Below, one piece after another: positions 7,525 to 15,450 of a DNA stretch of 29,587 nucleotides. Position 1 is the first letter of the stretch. Each line of letters opens with the position of its first letter. The notes below the pieces were generated by a model, which was not told the origin of the DNA, ran no database searches, and saw only the letters and a program-made list of their open reading frames with translations. The translations under genes and the position numbers were made by a program. The DNA comes from Candidatus Zhuqueibacterota bacterium RBG_16_48_16 (GTDB lineage Bacteria; Zhuqueibacterota; Zhuqueibacteria; Residuimicrobiales; Sediminimicrobiaceae): positions 599 through 30,185 of the forward strand of contig METF01000314.1 of the NCBI GenBank assembly GCA_001771235.1. The letters run 5' to 3'.

Positions 7525-8781
7525 ATGGCACGAGCAGATTTTACCCGTATCGCAACCAACATCGGCGCCTTGAATGCTTTAAATTCGCTGAAGAATGTGA
7601 ATAATCAACTGGCCATTCATCAGCAAAGGCTGGCGACCGGTAAACGTATCAACAGCCCTGCTGATGATGCAGCCGGTTGGACGATTAGCTCTACATTAAG
7701 TCTCAAAAGCACCGGACTTGGCGTTGCTTTGGACAACATTGGATCTGCCAAGAATCTGATGAGCGTTGCCGAAGGCCACCTGACCAATATCCGTGATATT
7801 TTGGCGGAGATGAAAGCAAAGGCCCAGCAGGCGGCAAACGATACCTTAGGCACAGATGAGCGAGCCGCCATTCTCGCAGAGCTTCAGGACTACAACACCC
7901 AGATCAATTCTGAAGTAGCCCAGGCCACCTGGTCCGGCATTGACATCCTGTCAACGGACAAGAACTTTCAAATCGGTGTGGGCACTTCGACGAGCGAGGA
8001 ATTGACCTTTAACGTTGCCGAGTTTGTTTGGAGCAACGGCACAAACACTACTTTTAATTCCGCCGGACTCGATGTAACAGCTTCTTCTTCGACCGTCAGA
8101 ACCGCGGCAACCACGACGACTACCGCGACGCTGAACATCGGATTTGGCGCCACGCCATTAGACACATCGGCGAACCTGAACAGCCTGGCAGGTGAATTGG
8201 AAACCGGGCATTATACCGTCGAAATATCCTCGGATGGCGCAGGCAGCGGCACCAACACGATAACCATCACCGTTCGGGATGGCAATGGAGATTTGGTCAC
8301 AATAGACGCTGACGGCGCTGCGAGTGGAGCTGTAGGCACAAGTCTTTCGACCACTTTTGCCGGGTCAGGCACCAATCCAGCCGCTGTTAATCTCGGCGTC
8401 GGCATTGTTATCGATCTCGCCAACGTTGCTACAGGAGCGGCCGGGTCAGGTGTTATGCACGTCGACTATGCACAGGGCGGTCAGGCGGTCGACACCATGG
8501 CCAATGCCCAGGCCTTTATGGACCAGATCGATACGGCCCTTGAGAATGTGAACGACGGTCTGACCTATATCGGTAACCAGGTGAACCGTTTAACATTCCA
8601 GGAACAATCACTGACCGTAGCTAAATTGAACACCGAAGCTTCATACAACCAGATCATGAACGCGGATATGGCTTTGGAACAATTGGAAGCTACAAAACTT
8701 ACGATTCTGCAACAAACTGCAACCGCCATGTTGGCCCAGGCGAACGCCGCGCCGCAAGGTGTGTTGAGCCTGTTCCAGTAG
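7525..8781 (+). CDS. fliC: Flagellin
   Basis: N-terminus RIATNIGALNA...QRLATGKRINSPADDAAG and C-terminus ADMALEQLEATKLTILQQTATAMLAQANAAPQGVLSLF. Strong RBS aaggagg. Confidence 0.97.
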   Translation: MARADFTRIATNIGALNALNSLKNVNNQLAIHQQRLATGKRINSPADDAAGWTISSTLSLKSTGLGVALDNIGSAKNLMSVAEGHLTNIRDILAEMKAKAQQAANDTLGTDERAAILAELQDYNTQINSEVAQATWSGIDILSTDKNFQIGVGTSTSEELTFNVAEFVWSNGTNTTFNSAGLDVTASSSTVRTAATTTTTATLNIGFGATPLDTSANLNSLAGELETGHYTVEISSDGAGSGTNTITITVRDGNGDLVTIDADGAASGAVGTSLSTTFAGSGTNPAAVNLGVGIVIDLANVATGAAGSGVMHVDYAQGGQAVDTMANAQAFMDQIDTALENVNDGLTYIGNQVNRLTFQEQSLTVAKLNTEASYNQIMNADMALEQLEATKLTILQQTATAMLAQANAAPQGVLSLFQ

Positions 8782-8802
8782 AATTCATCACACAAGATCA
8801 AA

Positions 8803-8830
8803 AGCGCGGCCTGAAAAGGGCGCGCTATTC
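8803..8830 (+). terminator. GC-rich hairpin after flagellin (possible partial terminator or processing stem)
   Basis: agcgcg-gcc-tgaaaa-ggg-cgcgct stem-loop, followed only by attc, so the U-tract is weak. Confidence 0.5.
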
Positions 8831-8873
8831 GTGTTTATAAACGTAGCAAATGGAACGACAGAGAGGATCGAAC

Positions 8874-9209
8874 ATGTTTTATCCCCGGTGCAATGGAAAG
8901 AAAGCAATGCTCGATAAATATCATGAGAATGAGATTTTTGTGGCAAGACCCGAACAGTTATTGCTCACTCTTTATGATCAGGCGATTTTGGGGTGCAAAA
9001 AACAGGATGAAGGGAAAGCGTCCTCTGCGCTCGCAAGGTTAATAGACGCTTTAAATTTTGAATACGCAGAAATTTCCGCCGGATTATTCCGACTGTACGA
9101 ATATGCCCTGAGGATGGTCAGACAGAAAAATTTCGGCCAGGCTCTGCCAATACTTACCGAGCTGAGGCAGACATGGACGGAAGCAATCCAAAAAGCAAGA
9201 GCTGCATAA
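8874..9209 (+). CDS. fliS: Flagellin export chaperone FliS
   Basis: ARPEQLLLTLYDQAI and LIDALNFE...LFRLYEY...ILTELRQTW follow the FliS pattern. ATG 8874 follows gagagg. Confidence 0.88.
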   Translation: MFYPRCNGKKAMLDKYHENEIFVARPEQLLLTLYDQAILGCKKQDEGKASSALARLIDALNFEYAEISAGLFRLYEYALRMVRQKNFGQALPILTELRQTWTEAIQKARAA

Positions 9210-9220
9210 AGGAGAATTAA

Positions 9221-10987
9221 ATGGCTGGCACGGCATCTGTTGGAAGTACAGGGAGTCTTGAATCGTTGATTCAACAGTACATGACCCTGGAACGGCGACC
9301 TTTGACGACAATGCAGGCGAACAGAAATTCTCTTTCTACAAAGTCAACCTTATTTGATGACGTAAAGACCCAACTGCAGGATTTGCAGGATTTGGCTGAG
9401 GAAATGGCAGAAACGGATGCCGATGAGTCTGTTTTCAATACCGTTCAGGCTTCTTCCGGCGATACGGATACCATAACTGTCAGCGCGGATGAAGGAGCGG
9501 CAGAAGGGACCTACCTTTTCAGAGTCAGGCAGTTAGCGACATCGACGACCATGAAAAGCACGGGGTATTTAAATACAGCCGCTTCGGTAAAAAGCAGCTC
9601 GCAAGTTGTCGCGGGAACAGGTTATTTGACTACAAGCAGAAGCTGGGCTCTGGCAGGATTTGCTACAGTCCCGGACGGTACGGCAACGATTAACGGCAAG
9701 ACTTTTACTTTATCCGATTATTCGACAGTTGACGCCTTTATGACGGCTGTGAACAATGACGAGGATGCGGACGCTCACATTTATTACAACCGGAGTACCG
9801 ACAGGTTTGTGATCGAGCACGATACGCCGGGAGAAACGCTGACTTTGGCAGAATCTGCAAGCGGTTTTTTGACGCAAGTTAATATAACGGCCGGTTCTTA
9901 TGCAGCAAATACGACCGGCGTTCAAACAGATGTACTTTTAAAGAATGCGAACTTTGATTACGCTTTCTCAGCCGCAGAGACGGGCAGTTTTACCATTAAC
10001 GGCGTTGAGATTGATTGGGATGCTGATTCGGACACGCTTGGAGAGATTATCTCCAGGATAAACGCCTCCGAGGCAAATGTAACGGCTTTTTACGATGAAT
10101 CATTGGATAAAGTAACCTTCACGGCCAATGAAACCGGAAGCGAAGAAATCCAATGGGAAGACGTTACCGGAACATTCCTGGGCGATGCGCTCAAGCTCAC
10201 GGGCGTGACGCAAAGTGTGGGCAATGACGCCAAATTTACTATCAATAGTGCCGATAGCGAAGATGAGATAACAAAAACATCAAATACATTTACCCTGAAC
10301 GGTCTGTCTGTTACTTTAAAAGATATAACAGTAGCCAACGGCAGCTATGCGGATTCCGGCACGACATCCGTAACAATAACATCGACGCAGGATACATCGG
10401 CCATTAGAACAAAAATATCGTCCTTTCTCACCAAATTCAATACGGTCAGAGATTATCTGAAGAACAAGCTGAGTGTCGATCCGACCACCTATTCGAGAGG
10501 CGCTCTGGCGGGTGAAACGACTTTTAGAAATCTACTGACAAATATGACGACCATTATTCTCGACCAGGTTTCAGGTGTGGGTGCGAATGATCCGTCAACG
10601 CTCTATGAAATCGGGATTACTTTTGATGAAAAGTTGCATGCAAGTATTACGGATGAATCCACCATGAATGATGTGATCGAGAGTGATCCCTCTGCCGTTG
10701 CAGCTATTTTTAATTCGACTTATGGTATTGCGACCAGATTATATGACGTGTTGGATCTTTATACGGAAACTGACGGCATCATTGATGGGCGAAAAGATAT
10801 CATTGAAGACCAGATACAGGATATTGATAAGAGGGTGGACAAATACCAGGTAAGATTATCTATCAAGGAGAGACAATATCGAAACGAGTTGTATGCTGTT
10901 CAAAATCTGCTCAATCGTACTATTCAGCAGCAGAATTTAATGAGCTCTATCCTTGAGAGCGTGAATACATTATTGGGGTTGACCTAG
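9221..10987 (+). CDS. fliD: Flagellar filament cap protein FliD
   Basis: N-terminus LIQQYMTLERRPL and GTYLFRVRQLATS. C-terminus SRGALAGET, LYEIGITFD and a coiled-coil tail. RBS aaggaga. Confidence 0.92.
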   Translation: MAGTASVGSTGSLESLIQQYMTLERRPLTTMQANRNSLSTKSTLFDDVKTQLQDLQDLAEEMAETDADESVFNTVQASSGDTDTITVSADEGAAEGTYLFRVRQLATSTTMKSTGYLNTAASVKSSSQVVAGTGYLTTSRSWALAGFATVPDGTATINGKTFTLSDYSTVDAFMTAVNNDEDADAHIYYNRSTDRFVIEHDTPGETLTLAESASGFLTQVNITAGSYAANTTGVQTDVLLKNANFDYAFSAAETGSFTINGVEIDWDADSDTLGEIISRINASEANVTAFYDESLDKVTFTANETGSEEIQWEDVTGTFLGDALKLTGVTQSVGNDAKFTINSADSEDEITKTSNTFTLNGLSVTLKDITVANGSYADSGTTSVTITSTQDTSAIRTKISSFLTKFNTVRDYLKNKLSVDPTTYSRGALAGETTFRNLLTNMTTIILDQVSGVGANDPSTLYEIGITFDEKLHASITDESTMNDVIESDPSAVAAIFNSTYGIATRLYDVLDLYTETDGIIDGRKDIIEDQIQDIDKRVDKYQVRLSIKERQYRNELYAVQNLLNRTIQQQNLMSSILESVNTLLGLT

Positions 10988-11014
10988 AACCGGTTTGCCC
11001 CAGGGAGTGCTATT

Positions 11015-11383
11015 ATGAAAGTCGATAGTTTGGAAAATGACTCCAGCCAAAGCACAGGCAAGAGCTTGTCTATGGCTGATGGTGTGCAAAGTGGGAATAA
11101 CAACCGCAGCGATCGACTTATAAGCGAACCAACGAAACTTGCGGATGATCAGCAAATCTCTGGGGAACATCTTGAAAGGACTGTAGAAAATTTGCAAAAG
11201 GTCGCCGCCAATCTCAAATCTCGTCTCAGTTTTAGCACGGATGAATCGACTGGAAAGACGGTTATCACGGTCCTTGAGGAAGATTCCGGAAAAATCATTC
11301 GCCAGATACCGCCGGAAGAGGTTTTAAGGCTGTCTGCAAAAATGACCGAAGTGATCGGGATCCTGTTTGACAAAGGCGTGTGA
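11015..11383 (+). CDS. flaG: FlaG (YvyC) family flagellar protein
   Basis: C-terminal LSFSTDESTGKTVITVLEEDSGKIIRQIPPEEVLRL...GILFDKGV is the FlaG signature. Confidence 0.92.
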   Translation: MKVDSLENDSSQSTGKSLSMADGVQSGNNNRSDRLISEPTKLADDQQISGEHLERTVENLQKVAANLKSRLSFSTDESTGKTVITVLEEDSGKIIRQIPPEEVLRLSAKMTEVIGILFDKGV

Positions 11384-11384
11384 G

Positions 11385-11807
11385 ATGGCCCAAGAACCTT
11401 CAAGTAATTTAGGATTCGTTCTGAAGGAGCAGTACGAAAATTTATGTTCGCTGGAAATGATGAACAATGCTTTGCTGGCAAGGTTTGATATTGACGACGG
11501 TGAATCGGTCAGTCACGATCAAATTGATGCCTATTTCAAAGATTGCGAGCGTCACCTGACAAAGCTTTTTGAGTGTGAAAAAACTGTCAAAACGGCTATT
11601 CAGAGAGCCGAAAGCCAATGTACCGGGCAGGGCAATGCGGATAAAATGCGAACATTGATGAACATCCGTAACAAGGCCATTTCGATAAGAAAAACACTCG
11701 ATTTGCTGGTGGAAAAAATCAGTCGTCGGCGTAATGGATTATCAAAAAAAACATTGCAAATTTCGAAAAATAATCAGAAAATACGCCTGTACGCTCAGAA
11801 TATGTAA
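11385..11807 (+). CDS. Alpha-helical hypothetical protein, possibly a FlgN/FliT-type export chaperone
   Basis: About 140 aa, amphipathic helical pattern, starts 1 nt after the flaG stop. Function is inferred from context only. Confidence 0.5.
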   Translation: MAQEPSSNLGFVLKEQYENLCSLEMMNNALLARFDIDDGESVSHDQIDAYFKDCERHLTKLFECEKTVKTAIQRAESQCTGQGNADKMRTLMNIRNKAISIRKTLDLLVEKISRRRNGLSKKTLQISKNNQKIRLYAQNM

Positions 11808-11848
11808 GACAGCCCCTGCTTATTTTTTGCTACGAAAAGGATAGTTGA

Positions 11849-12250
11849 ATGAAGATCTCAAACGAAAGCGCATACCTGCTAAAATTTCATTCTCGGCTGG
11901 ACAACTCGAGAGATAAATCAAAGACCGATCACGTCGACTCGAAAAAAGAGAGAGAAAGGGATCGTATCACTCTCTCTACAAAGGGAGAGAATGTTCGCGA
12001 AAACGATGCGGATTCAATTTACAGTCGCCAAAAAATCAACGAAGCACCAGGCCCGCGGGAATACGAAGTGGACACCAATGAAGGGAAGGAGCAGCACCGC
12101 GTGATGCAACCAGAGAGCGAGCAGGATTTGACGCCGTCGAACAGGCTGGAGCAAATCAAAATCAATATTCAAGATGGATATTATGAACAAGAGCAGGTTA
12201 TTAGCGAGGTATCGAAAATTATCGCAGAAGAGATATCGAGTAAAAAGTAA
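11849..12250 (+). CDS. flgM: FlgM-like anti-sigma-28 factor
   Basis: Low-complexity charged N-terminus with DRITLS, and C-terminal RLEQIKINIQDGYYEQEQVISEVSKII resembling the FlgM sigma-binding helices. At 133 aa it is longer than typical FlgM. Confidence 0.6.
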   Translation: MKISNESAYLLKFHSRLDNSRDKSKTDHVDSKKERERDRITLSTKGENVRENDADSIYSRQKINEAPGPREYEVDTNEGKEQHRVMQPESEQDLTPSNRLEQIKINIQDGYYEQEQVISEVSKIIAEEISSKK

Positions 12251-12489
12251 TTTTTTGAGATTTATTTTGAGATCAGGTGCAAAAATCCCAAGATGAATGC
12301 GTTTAGCCCTCCTTTGAGTATCACCCCTCATTGTTTTTTGCTGTTTTTTCATCCTGTTCATTCGTTTATGCCAGGCGATCCATGAACTTACACAAGGCGC
12401 GGTTTCTGCATTCCTGAGTAATTTTTGTAGATATTTGTGTTCTTTTATGCTCTATTTCATAAACCAGTTTAGGTAAAAATACTCCAATC

Positions 12490-13467
12490 ATGGCCAAGCT
12501 CGTTTACAGTGCGCTAAAGAAAATCGCTCCTCCCCTCATACGCTATTCCACTATTCCATTCATTCGTCATATTCCGAGAAAGTCCGCCGCCATAATTGCC
12601 ATTCATGATTATGAGTCAAAGCTTTTATATGATTGTCTGGCGAAATTGAAAGAGAACTATCGTGTCATCCCGCTGTCTGTGTTAACAAACGACCTGCTCG
12701 ATGATCGGCTCGATTCCGGCTCGGTGGCCATCACATTGGACGACGGCATTTTAATACAGGTGAGGACAATTGCACAGATATTGGAGCAATTGTCCCTGCC
12801 GGCAACTTTTTTTATTTGCCCCGATTTTTTGGATTCGGACCATGTCTATTGGTGGGAAGAAGTAAGATTGCTGCTTTCTTTTACTTCGAAGATGAATATT
12901 CAGTTTGACGGCAATTTTTATTCGTTGAAGAACAAATACGAAAGATTCTCCGCATTCAAAAAGATCAACAAAGGCTTTTACTCAAAAAGCCAGGAAGAGA
13001 TTGAAAGTCGGCTGGTGCAGTTACACAAAGCCTGCGACATCGGCAGGGAGGATCTTCCCGTTCACCATTCCATTCGCATGGCAAAGACGGAAGACATAAC
13101 CAGGTTGATGAAAACAGGTCTCTTTGAAATAGGTAGCCACTCGATGGATCATCCGTGGCTGGCGCTTCAGACCGAAGAGGAGATAATCTACCAGGTAGGG
13201 GGTTCGAAGAAAAGGCTGGAACTGCTTTTTGGCAAAGTATCGGAATGCTTTTGTTATCCTTATGGACCGCGCGAAAGCGTCAATCAAAAAACATTAGAGG
13301 TGGCCGGCCGATTCTACAAGAGCGCGGTAACCGCTCAATATGGCCGCGTTCGATCCGGCGATAATCCTTTGCTGCTGAAAAGGGTGTTCCTGATGCCGGG
13401 TGAGAATTACTCAGTCTGGGAGGCCAAAATTAACGGCGTTTGGAAGCAGGTCGAACAATACCTATAG
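12490..13467 (+). CDS. Polysaccharide deacetylase (NodB homology, CE4)
   Basis: Motifs AITLDDG, EIGSHSMDHPWL and FCYPYG. Confidence 0.88.
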   Translation: MAKLVYSALKKIAPPLIRYSTIPFIRHIPRKSAAIIAIHDYESKLLYDCLAKLKENYRVIPLSVLTNDLLDDRLDSGSVAITLDDGILIQVRTIAQILEQLSLPATFFICPDFLDSDHVYWWEEVRLLLSFTSKMNIQFDGNFYSLKNKYERFSAFKKINKGFYSKSQEEIESRLVQLHKACDIGREDLPVHHSIRMAKTEDITRLMKTGLFEIGSHSMDHPWLALQTEEEIIYQVGGSKKRLELLFGKVSECFCYPYGPRESVNQKTLEVAGRFYKSAVTAQYGRVRSGDNPLLLKRVFLMPGENYSVWEAKINGVWKQVEQYL

Positions 13468-13482
13468 TACAAAGTTCCGTTT

Positions 13483-13701
13483 ATGAAACAGCCGAAGAAA
13501 GAAATTAATTGTTACCGGTGTCAGCATTTCCGAATCACATGGGAGCAAGCTTTCCCGTACGGGTGCCGTGCTTTTAAGCTCAAAGCGAAAAGATTGCCTT
13601 GCATTGAAGTCCTGTCAGCCTCCGGGGTCGATTGCCAAATGTTCGTCCAAAAGGACAGGCCATTCCTCGATGTAAAAATAAACCGATTATGGGCTAAATA
13701 A
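13483..13701 (+). CDS. Small Cys-rich protein of unknown function
   Basis: 72 aa, pattern CYRCQHFRITWEQAFPYGCRAFKLKAKRLPCIEVLSASGVDC with five Cys. From memory it resembles a small family often auto-annotated as uracil-DNA glycosylase despite being far too short. Confidence 0.7.
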   Translation: MKQPKKEINCYRCQHFRITWEQAFPYGCRAFKLKAKRLPCIEVLSASGVDCQMFVQKDRPFLDVKINRLWAK

Positions 13702-14039
13702 TTTCACACGACACAATGAATTTATATTGTGTAAATCGCAATAATTCTTAAATTAGGCAGTATTTCATAGTAAACTTACGGAATAGCCTTTTTCTCAGAA
13801 ATGTTTTGAGCAAAGCACGGTTGAATTTTTACACAACAGTTATGTTTCCCGGGCATACAACACGCACTCCAACCTTATTGTTTTATTGTGGGAATCATAA
13901 TGGTATAATTTTTGATACTTTCGTTCTACGCTAAGCTCAATCGCTGGCAAAAGATATTATGGATTAATCACAGAAAAGAGGTTTATCCGTTTATTCGTAA
14001 AATCTCTGCGAAAAGTACCGGTTTCTTTCAAGTTTAATC

Positions 14040-14068
14040 TTGACTTTTAGCAAACGAGCAATTACATT
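14040..14068 (+). promoter_or_regulatory. Candidate sigma-70 promoter
   Basis: TTGACT (14040-14045), 17 nt, TACATT (14063-14068), upstream of ORF 14152. Confidence 0.55.
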
Positions 14069-14151
14069 TTTTTAGCTTGTTACTAGATAATCAGTTGTCT
14101 TGCAAGAGAGAATGCATCATCAGATTTTATCCTTTTAATGGATAGTGACCT

Positions 14152-15333
14152 ATGGTAAGCAGTAGAGCGCAACGATTCCCTAGGGAATTCAGAAAGCAAA
14201 AACTTGTATCCTTTGATTGGCGTTTTGCAGCGATAGTGCTCATTACACTTATTTTTCACGTCGGTTTCATCTATTTTTTTGGTACGCATTTGTCTACCAT
14301 TCTCAGAACTGATACAATTATGCAAATTCAACAGAGGTACGCCAACTTGCTTTTGGAGCGTGATTTGACTCATCCACGACCCTCGACTGAGCTTTCCCAA
14401 ATGGACCTTTTGAAAGAGGATATTCTGTACGCCGGCTATCGCAGTGAGGCTGCCGCCGAAGCGGGGGAGGTCTTGGAAGCGCCTTCGGGTTTGGCGTCCG
14501 CCGGTGGCGGAAGAGGATTTGAAATTTCCGGTAGTGCGGAATCGAATCTGCCTACGGCCGGCGAGATGGCTGCTGCCGGGGGGAGAGGTGGCGGCAGAAG
14601 GCGAAACGTGAACGATATTGCGAATGAAGTCGGGGAGATCGGTTTTTTGCGTATTTTAACGTCGGGTACAGGTTATGTTCCGCAGCAGTATATTGACTCT
14701 ATTAACGATTACAGCGAGAACGAGCATAAACGGCTGGGAAGCGTTCTGTCTTCTCTGGATGCTATGCAAGTTTCGCGCGGCCCTGATGGCAAAGGCTGGG
14801 GAACAGGACAGGGAGGACCAGGCGATGCTTCCACCGATCTGACCCGGGGGAGGGTTGTTCGAGGGACAAGACGTGAATCCCGCGCTCTGGATGCGGACCA
14901 GTTGATCGGCGCTTTGCAGCCGACAGGAACCGTGAGCTTTGAAAACATCGAGCGCGATAAAGAGGGGTTGAACACCACGCTGGGTGCTCTCAACGATTTA
15001 CCTGTTGAAGCTTCCTACCTTGATGACCAACAGCGTCTTCGACGAAAATCCGAATATGTCCAAGGCATAATCGCTCAACATCAGGCCGCAATCCTTGATT
15101 GTTATAAAAGAGTTCTCAAGCAACAGCCTGATTTAAAAGGGGAAGTTGAGATTCGTTTCGCGATCGATAAAGAAGGACGAGTCGAGTGGGCGGAAATACT
15201 CCATTCTACTTTGGGCAGTGACGAGCTGCATGATTGTATGTTGCGACGCATCAAAAGATGGAATGATTTTGGCCAGGGTGATCCGAACGGCCCGTCGGAG
15301 GTCTACCGCCAGACGTTCACATTTGGCTATTGA
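14152..15333 (+). CDS. Single-pass membrane protein with C-terminal AgmX/PglI (TonB-C-like, GltG/GltJ-type) domain
   Basis: One hydrophobic helix (FAAIVLITLIFHVGFIYFF), a Gly-rich linker, and C-terminal AAILDCYKRVLKQQPDLKGEVEIRFAIDKEGRV...LHDCMLRRIKRW with two paired Cys. Confidence 0.75.
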   Translation: MVSSRAQRFPREFRKQKLVSFDWRFAAIVLITLIFHVGFIYFFGTHLSTILRTDTIMQIQQRYANLLLERDLTHPRPSTELSQMDLLKEDILYAGYRSEAAAEAGEVLEAPSGLASAGGGRGFEISGSAESNLPTAGEMAAAGGRGGGRRRNVNDIANEVGEIGFLRILTSGTGYVPQQYIDSINDYSENEHKRLGSVLSSLDAMQVSRGPDGKGWGTGQGGPGDASTDLTRGRVVRGTRRESRALDADQLIGALQPTGTVSFENIERDKEGLNTTLGALNDLPVEASYLDDQQRLRRKSEYVQGIIAQHQAAILDCYKRVLKQQPDLKGEVEIRFAIDKEGRVEWAEILHSTLGSDELHDCMLRRIKRWNDFGQGDPNGPSEVYRQTFTFGY

Positions 15334-15338
15334 GTGTC

Positions 15339-15370
15339 AAAAAGCCGGGCTTCAGGAACCGGCTTTTTTT
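15339..15370 (+). terminator. Intrinsic terminator
   Basis: aaaaagccgg (15339-15348) pairs with ccggcttttt (15359-15368), continuing into a T-tract. Confidence 0.85.
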
Positions 15371-15385
15371 ATGGCCAAAAACAGC

Positions 15386-15414
15386 TTGCAATAAAACAAT
15401 TTTTTTACTATAAT
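15386..15414 (+). promoter_or_regulatory. Sigma-70 promoter of the ffh operon
   Basis: TTGCAA (15386-15391), 17 nt, TATAAT (15409-15414). Confidence 0.85.
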
Positions 15415-15450
15415 TACCGGCTTTATAATTACTGAAAACCGAAAAAGGCT

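Noticed and set aside
8831-8873. Second sigma-28 promoter before fliS
   Set aside because: A TAAA is present but there is no acceptable GCCGATAA-like -10 at the required spacing.
12251-12489. c-di-GMP riboswitch or sRNA upstream of the deacetylase
   Set aside because: The conserved GEMM core is not present.
14083-14400. 105-aa minus-strand ORF
   Set aside because: Overlaps the start and promoter region of the AgmX/PglI gene and has no support of its own.
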